NCBI GenBank assembly: GCA_043816185.1
Contig: JBDRIG010000070.1
Span: 1 to 37,629, forward strand
Origin: Elusimicrobiota bacterium
Lineage (GTDB): Bacteria; Elusimicrobiota; UBA8919
DNA length: 37,629 nt
Reading direction: 5' to 3'
The notes under the pieces are model-generated. The model saw nothing but the letters and a program-made list of their open reading frames with translations. It was not told the DNA's origin and made no database searches. Position numbers and translations under genes: made by a program. This document shows, piece after piece, positions 1 through 8,834 of the stretch (its first letter is position 1; each line of letters starts with the position of its first letter).

Positions 1-8
1 GGGCGCTC

Positions 9-105
9 GGGAATAAGTTTCTTTGAGACGCTCGTCAGAACTCGCTCTGCAATTTGCTCCTGGAACAAATAAGTCGCAAATTGAGGCTCTGCAGAAACTT
101 TTCCC
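9..105. repeat. Imperfect palindromic (REP-like) element
   Basis: GGGAATAAGTTTCT (9-22) pairs with AGAAACTTTTCCC (93-105); inner CAATTTGC (50-57) pairs with GCAAATTG (76-83). Confidence 0.5.
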
Positions 106-179
106 TCACTCTGGGATGAGGAAGGTGGTTGCTCACAAGCAAATTTTTTCCTTATCTTACGATTATAAGACGATAAATG

Positions 180-743
180 ATGAAAATTGGTATATTCGGC
201 GGAAGTTTTGACCCAATTCACAAAGGGCACCTAAAATTATCTAAATGCGCGATAAGGCAACTAAAACTTGATTTTTTGTTTTTTGTTCCAGCATTTTTAC
301 CTCCCAATAAATTTAGAAAATTATCCAACGCATTTCATAGAAAAAAAATGTTGCAACTATCCATTAAAAATTCCAAAAAATTTTTAGTATCAGATTTTGA
401 ACTCAAGTCAAAAAAAATGGTATATACATATCAAACATTAAGATATTTTCACAAAAAATATCCAACAGCAGAACTTTTTTTTATTATGGGTTCTGATTCC
501 GTGAATGATTTAAAAAATTGGAAAAACGTATCGGGAATTTTACAAGTAAGTAAAATTGTTTTTATTCAAAGAGGCGATTATAAAGTAAAAATAAAAAAAA
601 AATTCATAAAACTTAAAGGGGTTATTACAAACATTTCGTCAACCGATATTCGTGAAAAGATAAATGGACGCATTTCTATCAAAGGACTTGTTCAAAAAAC
701 AGTTGAAAGCTACATCAAAAAAAATGGTCTCTATAATAATTGA
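180..743 (+). CDS. nadD: Nicotinate-nucleotide adenylyltransferase
   Basis: GIFGGSFDPIHKGH (HxGH), FIMGSD, ISSTDIRE motifs; nadD-yqeK-LCP-rsfS synteny; alternative start 177. Confidence 0.95.
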   Translation: MKIGIFGGSFDPIHKGHLKLSKCAIRQLKLDFLFFVPAFLPPNKFRKLSNAFHRKKMLQLSIKNSKKFLVSDFELKSKKMVYTYQTLRYFHKKYPTAELFFIMGSDSVNDLKNWKNVSGILQVSKIVFIQRGDYKVKIKKKFIKLKGVITNISSTDIREKINGRISIKGLVQKTVESYIKKNGLYNN

Positions 744-1248
744 TATTAAAAAATATCTTGCAAGAAATCTAACGCAGGATAGATATAGCCATACATTAAA
801 AGTAGCAAATCTTGCTGTAAAATTAGCAAAGCATTATAAATTAAAAGATATTGTAAAAATAAAAATTGCATCATTGCTGCATGATTGTCAAAAAAATTCT
901 AACCACCAAAGCAACCACTCGTTTTTAGCGGAGAAAATTGCTAAAACAAAATTCAAAATAAAAGACAAAAAAATATTAAATGCTATTAAACATCATACTT
1001 TTGGTTGCAGAAAAATGGATGTTTTTTCTAAAATAGTTTATATCGCCGATATATCAGAACCATCAAGAAAATTTGAACAGGCAAAGAAAACAAGAAAGCT
1101 TGCGTTTAAAAATTTAGACGAAGCTATGGTCTTGGCACTTTCAACAAAAATCAAACATGTACTTGATGAAAAAAAATCATTGTCCTTGGAAAGTGTTATG
1201 CTCTACAACAAAATGATTGCAGCGATAAAACCAAGATTACGACGATAG
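724..1248 (+). CDS. yqeK: HD-domain Ap4A hydrolase YqeK-like
   Basis: RYSHT, LLHD, AIKHHT, IVYIADISEP motifs; follows nadD; start uncertain (ORF open from 664). Confidence 0.85.
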   Translation: MVSIIIDIKKYLARNLTQDRYSHTLKVANLAVKLAKHYKLKDIVKIKIASLLHDCQKNSNHQSNHSFLAEKIAKTKFKIKDKKILNAIKHHTFGCRKMDVFSKIVYIADISEPSRKFEQAKKTRKLAFKNLDEAMVLALSTKIKHVLDEKKSLSLESVMLYNKMIAAIKPRLRR

Positions 1249-1319
1249 AAAATGTATTATTGGTGTTGTGGATTACATCGCCATGCTCAATATTTCGAGC
1301 AAGTAAATAATAATTTAAA

Positions 1320-2495
1320 ATGAAAAAATATATAATTTTTTTTGGAATATTCTTTTTTGTTACAGCAATCCTTTCGTTTCTTAACACGCTTACATTAAAT
1401 ATTATTTCAGGTAAACGCATTAACGGAATCATTATAGGTACTGATGATGTAGGTAACACTAAACACTCAGACGTATTAATTTTTCTGTCATATAATCCAA
1501 AAAAAAGGTTTTTAGATATTATTTCAATTCCACGCGATACCAAAATATCTGTTGACGGTATTGCTATACGAAAAATAAATCAACTTTATGCCTATTCATA
1601 TAAGAATACCAAGAATCATTATACTGCTTGTGAAAGCGTAAGAAACGAATTGCAAAAAATTCTTGGTATTGACATACCGTTTTATATTCAAATTGATTAC
1701 AATGGTTTTAAGAATCTTATTGATGTTTTGGGTGGTGTGAAAGTTGAAATTAATCAGCCAATGAACTATGACGATAATTGGGGTAATCTTCATATACATT
1801 TTTCAACAGGCACACATTTGCTTGATGGACAGAAGGCGTTGGAATATGCAAGATATAGAACTGGCGATCGTGCAGATTTAGACAGAATTTTAAGACAGCA
1901 GTATTTTATGCACGAGATTATAAATAAAATTAAAGAACCCAGGGTTATTATTGGGTTTCCAAAAATTGTAAAGATTCTTTATGATAATATTCACACTAAC
2001 ATATCTATTTGGGATATACTGGCAATTATTTACGAATTAAAAAATTTTAATTTTTCAAATGTTCGATTACAATCGTTACCAGGTTCTCCGTCAAAAAGTT
2101 TCTGGATTCCAGATTTTTCTGGCATTCAGAAATCAGTAGAATTAGTTATGACTGGTGGTGTAAAAAATATTGAAAAATTTTCTACATATTCAGATATTGT
2201 TATTGAAATATTTAATGCATCGGGTAAAGCAAATCTCGCTAAAAAGATGCGAAATATATTTATGAAAAATGGTTTTGATGTTATAAAAACTGGAAATTAC
2301 GAGTCAGACTCAAGATATGAAAAAACACTTGTCATAGATAGGTTGGGAACACTTTCAAAAGCGCAGCAAATTGCGAACGTTATAGGCGTAAAGGAGGTCG
2401 TTACAAAAGTTGATGCTTCTCGAGGCGTGGATGTTAGTATTATTATTGGACGTGACTGGGAGGGACTTAAAAAAAATATATGGGACAAAAAATAG
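1320..2495 (+). CDS. LCP (LytR/CpsA/Psr) family protein with C-terminal LytR_C domain
   Basis: N-terminal TM, GTD..HSD, SIPRDT, KIN, ARYR..D..R..RQ; C-terminal IEIFNASG...DVSIIIGRD. Confidence 0.9.
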   Translation: MKKYIIFFGIFFFVTAILSFLNTLTLNIISGKRINGIIIGTDDVGNTKHSDVLIFLSYNPKKRFLDIISIPRDTKISVDGIAIRKINQLYAYSYKNTKNHYTACESVRNELQKILGIDIPFYIQIDYNGFKNLIDVLGGVKVEINQPMNYDDNWGNLHIHFSTGTHLLDGQKALEYARYRTGDRADLDRILRQQYFMHEIINKIKEPRVIIGFPKIVKILYDNIHTNISIWDILAIIYELKNFNFSNVRLQSLPGSPSKSFWIPDFSGIQKSVELVMTGGVKNIEKFSTYSDIVIEIFNASGKANLAKKMRNIFMKNGFDVIKTGNYESDSRYEKTLVIDRLGTLSKAQQIANVIGVKEVVTKVDASRGVDVSIIIGRDWEGLKKNIWDKK

Positions 2496-2875
2496 ATTTC
2501 AAGAAATTGGCAAAAATTTCCGCACAATTGCTTAAAGGGAAAAAAGGCAAAGATATAGTTGTTCTGGATGTAGGAAAAGTTTCAGATTTTACAGATTATC
2601 TTGTTGTAGCAAGTGGAACTTCTGATACTCACATAAGAACACTTTATTCAGAGGTAGAAGAAAAACTACCGATTTTACCGTGCAAAAAAGAAATAAAAAA
2701 TAAAACAAAGTGGGCTGTTCTTGATTACGGAGGTTTTATTGTCCACATATTTCATGCTGACTCGAGAAAATTTTACAATCTTGAAAGCAACTGGGGACTC
2801 GCAGAAAAAATCGTAAGTCGTAAGGTCCACGGAAAAAAATCACAAAAGACGCACAGAAAAAATAAAAAACAGTGA
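2480..2875 (+). CDS. rsfS: Ribosome silencing factor
   Basis: KGKDIVVLDV, DYLVVASG, WAVLDYG..IVHIF...R.FYNLE..W; basic C-terminal tail. Confidence 0.93.
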   Translation: MGQKIDFKKLAKISAQLLKGKKGKDIVVLDVGKVSDFTDYLVVASGTSDTHIRTLYSEVEEKLPILPCKKEIKNKTKWAVLDYGGFIVHIFHADSRKFYNLESNWGLAEKIVSRKVHGKKSQKTHRKNKKQ

Positions 2876-3006
2876 TATTGCGATGTAGGTCAACGGCGAT
2901 GATATAGCGTTGTGGTTTTATGTATCATCATATCAACGTATCGTCGTATCAGCAGAGAAAAATCTTGTGTTCTCTGCGTCAATCTATCGCGATTCACATT
3001 AAAAAA

Positions 3007-4671
3007 ATGTTAACAGAAACGAGAGAAATAATTAAAAAAATTTTAAATAGCCTTCACATTGCTGACGATTTAAAATATTCAGTTGAACATCCACCTCAAG
3101 ATATTGATGCAGATGTTTCTACTAATATTGCAATTTTACTTTCAAAAATTCTTAAAAAAAATCCGTTAGAAATCGCAGAAAAAATAATAGAAGATTTAAA
3201 AAAAGAAAAGATAATAGCCGATGCAAAATTCCAATCAGGATTTATAAATATAGTTTTTTCGGATAGTTATATTCATCAGAAAATTATTTCTTTACTTATA
3301 TCAAACACTTCATCACAACGCAGTTCTATTTTAAAAAATAAAAAAATTCTTATAGAATTTGTTTCCGCCAATCCTACAGGTCCGCTACATATAGGTCATG
3401 GTCGCGGTGCTGTTTATGGCGATGTTCTTTCACGGCTTTTTGAATTTTTAGGTGCAGATGTTAAGCGAGAATATTATATAAATAATGTCGGAAATCAAAT
3501 GGAAATTTTAGCAGAATCCGTATTATCATATATTTCTCAAAAACCAGTTCCAGAAAATGGATATAAAGGCAAATATATTGAAGATATTGCAAATGAAATC
3601 CAGAAATCAGAAATCAGAAATCAGAAATCAGAAATAAAAGAATATACAATAACTAAGATTCTTGACTGGATAAAAGATGATTTAAGGAAATTTGGAATTA
3701 ATTTCGATAATTGGTTTTTTGAATCATCGCTTTATTCCACGCCCCATGGAAAAACTTCTACGAAAGACGGGGTTTGTGAAAAAAATGAAGTTGAGGAAAT
3801 AATAAAAAAATTAACAGAAAAAAAATTGGCTTTTGAAAAAGATAATGCTGTTTGGTTTAAATCAACAAATTTTGCTGATGATAAAGACAGAGTACTTATT
3901 CGCGAGGACGGAAGACATACATATCTTGCGTCGGATATTGCATATCATTTCAATAAATATCAGAGAAATTTTGATGAGTACATAAATATCTGGGGTGCAG
4001 ATCATCATGGTTATGTGGAAAGAATGAAAGGTGCTGTTAAAGCGATTGATTGCGATGAAAAAAAACTTAAAATAATTTTGTATCAGCTTGTCAATATAAT
4101 TAAAGACGGAAAAAAAGTAAATATGTCAACACGAGCAGGTGAGTTTATATCTCTTAAAGAGGTTATAGATGAAGTTGGTGTTGATGCAACGAGATTTTTT
4201 CTTTTAATACGCAACTCTGAAAGTCACATGGATTTTGATTTAGATTTAGCAAAAAAACAAACATTAGAAAACCCAGTTTTTTATGTTCAATATGCTTATG
4301 CGAGAATTTGTTCTATATTCAAGGAAACGAAAAAAATGGCTGGGAATCTGGCATCGCTAAGCGAGTTTGTTACAGTTGAAAAAATCGAAAGTTTGGGAAA
4401 TCTTAAATTAAAAGAAGAAATGAAATTGATAAGAAAAATTTTATACTTTGAAGATATAGTAGAAATTGCCGCTAAGGACTACGCACCACACTATCTTACA
4501 AAATATTTACAAGATATTGCATCTTGTTTCCACTCTTATTATAATAAAAACAGAGTGATAACCGAGAATGTTGCTACAACCAATGCCCGTCTTATAATGT
4601 GTCAAGCGGTAAAAAAGGTGATAAAAAACGGATTAGATATTCTTGGTGTTTCAACTCCTGAAAAAATGTAG
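3007..4671 (+). CDS. argS: Arginine--tRNA ligase
   Basis: EFVSANPTGPLHIGHGR (HIGH), WGADHHGY, MSTRAG, YVQYAYARI; start set at ATG 3007 because the upstream part of the ORF is tandem repeat. Confidence 0.97.
   Translation: MLTETREIIKKILNSLHIADDLKYSVEHPPQDIDADVSTNIAILLSKILKKNPLEIAEKIIEDLKKEKIIADAKFQSGFINIVFSDSYIHQKIISLLISNTSSQRSSILKNKKILIEFVSANPTGPLHIGHGRGAVYGDVLSRLFEFLGADVKREYYINNVGNQMEILAESVLSYISQKPVPENGYKGKYIEDIANEIQKSEIRNQKSEIKEYTITKILDWIKDDLRKFGINFDNWFFESSLYSTPHGKTSTKDGVCEKNEVEEIIKKLTEKKLAFEKDNAVWFKSTNFADDKDRVLIREDGRHTYLASDIAYHFNKYQRNFDEYINIWGADHHGYVERMKGAVKAIDCDEKKLKIILYQLVNIIKDGKKVNMSTRAGEFISLKEVIDEVGVDATRFFLLIRNSESHMDFDLDLAKKQTLENPVFYVQYAYARICSIFKETKKMAGNLASLSEFVTVEKIESLGNLKLKEEMKLIRKILYFEDIVEIAAKDYAPHYLTKYLQDIASCFHSYYNKNRVITENVATTNARLIMCQAVKKVIKNGLDILGVSTPEKM
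3601..3635 (+). repeat. Perfect heptamer tandem repeat (CAGAAAT)5 inside argS
   Basis: Five exact units, translated as QKSEIRNQKSEI. Confidence 0.95.
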
Positions 4672-4690
4672 AAAAAGTATAAGCAATTTT

Positions 4691-5380
4691 ATGATTTCCG
4701 ATAATATAAAAATTATTTTTGAAAAAATTGAAAAGGCAAAAAACAAGCTTGGTGAAAAAAACGATGTAAATTTTATTGCAGTTACTAAAACAATTTCGGT
4801 TAACAAAATAAAAGAAGCGATTGATTGTGGCATAACGGATATCGGCGAAAATCGTATTCAAGAAGCAGAGAAAAAATTTAAAGAACTTACAGATTCTACT
4901 AAAATTAAAAAACATTTAATCGGACATCTGCAAACTAACAAAGTAAAAAAAGCGGTTGAGTTATTTGATTTAATTCAATCGGTTGACAGTGTTCATTTGT
5001 TGGAACAAATAAATAAGTGTGCGGAAAAAATTAAAAAAATTCAAGAGTGTCTTATTGAGGTAAAAGTATCACAAGAAGATACAAAATATGGCGTAAATCC
5101 ATCTGACTTGAAAATGTTTTTAGATAAAGTTTGGGAGCTTAAAAATGTGAAAATTACAGGGTTAATGGCAATTGCTCCGTATTTTGAAAATCCACAGTTA
5201 GCAAGGCCGTATTTTCATAAAGCGAAAGAAATTTTTGAGCAGATTAGTTCTTATTTTACAAGCCGTAGTTTACAATTTAATATTTTATCTATGGGAATGA
5301 CAAACGATTTTGAAGTTGCAATCGAGGAAGGCTCAAACATGGTACGTATTGGCACAGGAATTTTTGGAGCGAGAAAATAG
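4691..5380 (+). CDS. yggS: PLP homeostasis protein YggS/PLPBP
   Basis: [27 protein letters not shown]...AIEEGS.MVRIGT.IFG. Confidence 0.95.
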   Translation: MISDNIKIIFEKIEKAKNKLGEKNDVNFIAVTKTISVNKIKEAIDCGITDIGENRIQEAEKKFKELTDSTKIKKHLIGHLQTNKVKKAVELFDLIQSVDSVHLLEQINKCAEKIKKIQECLIEVKVSQEDTKYGVNPSDLKMFLDKVWELKNVKITGLMAIAPYFENPQLARPYFHKAKEIFEQISSYFTSRSLQFNILSMGMTNDFEVAIEEGSNMVRIGTGIFGARK

Positions 5381-5435
5381 ATGTATATTTGGTAGTACTA
5401 CTCGGAACGTTAAATACATGATTTGATACGCAGGG

Positions 5436-5463
5436 TTGACATAGATACTTTTTTTGATATAAT
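5436..5463 (+). promoter_or_regulatory. Sigma70-type promoter of rplM-rpsI
   Basis: TTGACA (5436-5441), 16 bp spacer, TGn-TATAAT (5458-5463). Confidence 0.8.
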
Positions 5464-5693
5464 GATATCATAAAGAAATTATCGATAGTCTTGATAGCAG
5501 CAATTTTAAAAGAACCATAACAGTGATTAATGACGACGATTTATCCTTGTAATCGATGTTTTTACTCGGTCTTATTGTCGGCGAGATTGTCTAAAGAGCT
5601 GGTTGATTAAGTCTTAAAAGAATTTAATTACGCCATTAGGATAATACTGTGGATTATCGTTGTGCTCGGATATTAAAAAGGAAGGTAATAATT

Positions 5694-6101
5694 ATGATTG
5701 AAAGAAAATGGTATTGGATTGATGCAAATGATGAGGTTTTGGGACGACTTTCGACGGTTGCCGTCAGTATTTTACAGGGTAAAACGAAGCCAGAATACTC
5801 GCCCAATAAAGATATTGGCGATTTTGTGCTTGTAACAAATGCTGCAAAAATAAAGATGACAGGAAATAAATTAGAGCAAAAATTAGATTACAGACATTCA
5901 GGTTATCCTGGTGGCGACAAATATACTCTCTATAAAGATTTAATACAAACCAACCCAGAAAAAATTGTCAAGCTTTCCATAAGCGGAATGTTGCCTAAAA
6001 ATCGACTACGTACGAAAATGTTAAGGCGTCTTAAAATCTACAAAAACGATGCCAAACAATTGGAGGCAAAATGTCAGAAGATATCGCCACAAGTAAAGTA
6101 A
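5694..6101 (+). CDS. rplM: 50S ribosomal protein L13
   Basis: RKWYWIDA, LGRL, KPEYSP..D.GD, HSGYPGG, GMLPKN; ATG 5694 after an AAGGAAGG purine tract. Confidence 0.96.
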   Translation: MIERKWYWIDANDEVLGRLSTVAVSILQGKTKPEYSPNKDIGDFVLVTNAAKIKMTGNKLEQKLDYRHSGYPGGDKYTLYKDLIQTNPEKIVKLSISGMLPKNRLRTKMLRRLKIYKNDAKQLEAKCQKISPQVK

Positions 6102-6481
6102 TTACAGCAGTAGGAAGGAGAAAAACCGCAGTAGCATCGGTAAAACTTTTAAGTGGAAGTGGAAAAGTGCTCGTTAACAATAAATCGCTTGATAGTTATT
6201 TTGCCGGCTTAATAAGATTGCAGCAAGTAGTTCTTATGCCACTTAACGCAGTAAAAGCTTCTACACAATACGATGTTTTTGCAACCGTTAGAGGTGGCGG
6301 GGTGATGGCACAGGCGGAGGCGGTAAGACATGGGATCGCTCGTATATTAGCGTCAATCAATACCAAATTTAAGGTAGTCGTTAAAAAAGAAGGTTATCTG
6401 ACTCGCGACGACAGAATGGTTGAAAGAAAGAAGCCAGGAAAGGCCAAAGCAAGAAAGAGTTTCCAGTGGACAAAAAGATAA
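6071..6481 (+). CDS. rpsI: 30S ribosomal protein S9
   Basis: GRRKTAVA, GGG..AQA.A.RHGIAR, LTRDDRMVERKK, QWTKR; GGAGG RBS. Confidence 0.97.
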   Translation: MSEDIATSKVITAVGRRKTAVASVKLLSGSGKVLVNNKSLDSYFAGLIRLQQVVLMPLNAVKASTQYDVFATVRGGGVMAQAEAVRHGIARILASINTKFKVVVKKEGYLTRDDRMVERKKPGKAKARKSFQWTKR

Positions 6482-6513
6482 TAACTGTTAAGATAGTACT
6501 AAATTTTAAAATT

Positions 6514-6778
6514 CCTGTTCGACCTGCCCAACAGCACACTTCGCAGCAAGTGAGTTGTTGGGCGAGCAAATTTGGTTGGACAGGTGACTGTTGTCAGAAG
6601 TTCACTTCGTCGAGAATCGCCGAAGTCGAGCACTTCGTTAAAATTCATTCCATCAAAATTTGCTAAAACCTGACAACCAAGATTAATAAACAGACAAACG
6701 CGAAGCCGATGCTAAGTTTTGTGTTCGTCTTGTGCTCAATTTTGTACTTACCTTACTCTCCTCGACGCGAAGTGAACT
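6514..6778. other. Structured intergenic region with two long hairpins
   Basis: Stems 6514-6524/6574-6584, 6525-6541/6548-6564, 6599-6614/6761-6778, 6628-6633/6732-6737, 6692-6706/6716-6730. Confidence 0.6.
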
Positions 6779-6808
6779 ATCTCAGACGAATCTATTTGCG
6801 ATTTTACT

Positions 6809-8557
6809 ATGAAGAAAAAGATAATTGGATATTTGCTTGGCGTGTTAGCAATTTTCATAATTTTGGCTTTCAATTTTTTTGGCGCGTTCGAATCGTTAGA
6901 ATATAAATCTTATGATTTTCGTTTAAAATTAAGAGGTTTAAAAAGTTCTACCGAGCAAATAGTAATTGTCGCGATTGACGAAGAAAGTTTGGATAAATTA
7001 GGTCGTTGGCCATGGGACAGAAGTATTCATGCGAAGCTCATAGAAAGATTGGTTAAAGCAGATGTCAAAACAATAGGGATTGACGTTTTATTTATTGAAA
7101 AAAGTAATTCGCAAAGCGATAAATTATTATCCGATGCGATGGCAAAATCTAAAAAATGTGTTAATGAAATTTTTTTTGAAGTTGTAAATGGCGTACCAAT
7201 AAAAGCCAAATTGCCCATAAATGATATTGCGAAAAGTTCTTTGTCTCTCGGCTCACCACACATTTTTCCAGAAACCGATGGCGTTGTGAGAAAGATGATG
7301 CCTGTCATGGAATACAAAGACATGCAATGTCCACACATTTCGATAGCAGTTGCATCTGCATATCTCAATAAGCCATGGCAGCATTTAGTGAAAAATCTTT
7401 CATTAGACAGAAATAGTGAGATGTTGATAAACTACCACGGTGAATTTGAAACATTTAAATACATATCGTATTACAAAATTCTTACCGGCAACTTCAATCA
7501 GAATCTTCTTAAAAATAAAATTGTTTTAATTGGTTATGCTGCGGCTGGTCTTGGCGATAGACATGTTACTCCGTTTTCTCCAGCAATGCCAGGCGTTGAG
7601 ACGATTGCAAACAGTACCAATGCTTTTATTGATTCAGATTTTATTTCATATTCAAACCATTGGGTAGGATTTTTATCGGTAGTTATTGTTGGTATTGTTT
7701 TAGGGTTTTTATTACCAAGACTCCTGCCATTGAAATCAGCATTTTTAACAATTTTTATTTTCGTTTTTTGGTCTTTTATATGCAATTATTATTTTGTCAA
7801 CAAAAAAATCTGGCTTGAATATATACCGACGGCATGCCTGATTGTTTTCTCATATATTTCAATAACATTATGGCGGTTTATTACTGAGGAAAAAGAAAAA
7901 AGATGGTTGAAAAAGACGTTTGGGCATTATCTTTCTCCATTGGTAATTAATGAACTTATAAAAAATCCCAATGTAATTACTTTGGGGGGAAAGAGATCGG
8001 AATTGACTGTTTTATTCTCAGATATACGAGGGTTTACGACGATATCAGAAATATTTACACCAGAAGCAGTTGTGTCACTCCTAAATGAATATCTTACGGA
8101 AATGACAAAGATAGTTTTTAAATATGGAGGGACACTTGATAAATTTATTGGCGATGCAGTGATGGCTTTTTGGAATGCACCTCTTCCACAAAAAAATCAC
8201 GCAGAAATGGCCGTTTTCTGTGCTATTGATATGATAAAAGAATTGACAAAACTTCAGCAAAAATGGCGCGTTGAAAAAAAACCTATAATTAATATTGGAA
8301 TCGGTATAAATAGTGGTGATATGATTGTTGGAAATGTGGGTTCACTTGAAAGAATGAACTATACGGTTGTTGGCGATAATGTCAATTTAGCGTCTCGATT
8401 AGAATCGCTCAATAAAGAATTTAAAACACACATAATTATTTCGCAGTCAACATATTTGCATGTAAAAGATAAAGTTGTTGCTAAACCACTTGGCGCAACA
8501 GAGATTAAGGGCAAAGAAAATCCTGTAGAGATTTATGAGGTGTTAGCACGGAACTAA
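6809..8557 (+). CDS. CHASE2-domain class III adenylate cyclase
   Basis: IVIVAIDEESL..LGRWPW.R (CHASE2), TM helices, FSDIRGFT, DKFIGDAVM, YTVVGDNVNLASRLE. Confidence 0.93.
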   Translation: MKKKIIGYLLGVLAIFIILAFNFFGAFESLEYKSYDFRLKLRGLKSSTEQIVIVAIDEESLDKLGRWPWDRSIHAKLIERLVKADVKTIGIDVLFIEKSNSQSDKLLSDAMAKSKKCVNEIFFEVVNGVPIKAKLPINDIAKSSLSLGSPHIFPETDGVVRKMMPVMEYKDMQCPHISIAVASAYLNKPWQHLVKNLSLDRNSEMLINYHGEFETFKYISYYKILTGNFNQNLLKNKIVLIGYAAAGLGDRHVTPFSPAMPGVETIANSTNAFIDSDFISYSNHWVGFLSVVIVGIVLGFLLPRLLPLKSAFLTIFIFVFWSFICNYYFVNKKIWLEYIPTACLIVFSYISITLWRFITEEKEKRWLKKTFGHYLSPLVINELIKNPNVITLGGKRSELTVLFSDIRGFTTISEIFTPEAVVSLLNEYLTEMTKIVFKYGGTLDKFIGDAVMAFWNAPLPQKNHAEMAVFCAIDMIKELTKLQQKWRVEKKPIINIGIGINSGDMIVGNVGSLERMNYTVVGDNVNLASRLESLNKEFKTHIIISQSTYLHVKDKVVAKPLGATEIKGKENPVEIYEVLARN

Positions 8558-8594
8558 CAGACACCTTTAGATAAACTTAATTCGGTTGCCAAGT

Positions 8595-8621
8595 TGTTAC
8601 CGAAATTGTGGAGTATTACAC
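8595..8621. repeat. 27-bp repeat, possible orphan IS end (copy 1)
   Basis: TGTTACCGAAATTGTGGAGTATTACAC; 26/27 identical to 13357-13383. Confidence 0.7.
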
Positions 8622-8834
8622 TTGAGAGCACCGATAGATGACTGAAAACTGATCGCCAGTATCTCTTTTAATTGTTTCCAGTATTTCTTTTAATTGTAAT
8701 CATAAGAAAACATTACACCTTTATTATTGGTGTCATTTACAAATTTATATTCGTTTATCTCCACCCGTTTAGCGGGAAGGAAGCGTGTCAAAAGATGCTG
8801 ATTTTTTACATGGGATGCTATTTTCTACTTGACA

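Noticed and set aside
23..211. 62-aa ORF
   Set aside because: Runs through a palindromic element and overlaps nadD; no motif
6599..6778. 6S RNA (180-nt rod with internal bubble)
   Set aside because: Size fits, but the interior is strongly asymmetric and includes MITE-like sequence; not callable without a covariance search
6466..6906. Short + strand ORFs 6466-6666 and 6709-6906
   Set aside because: They span hairpin DNA, overlap flanking genes and resemble no family
8762..8790. SRP RNA-like GGAAGGAAGC motif
   Set aside because: Lacks the CAGG-CC-GNRA-GG-AGCAG helix context and the long closing stem
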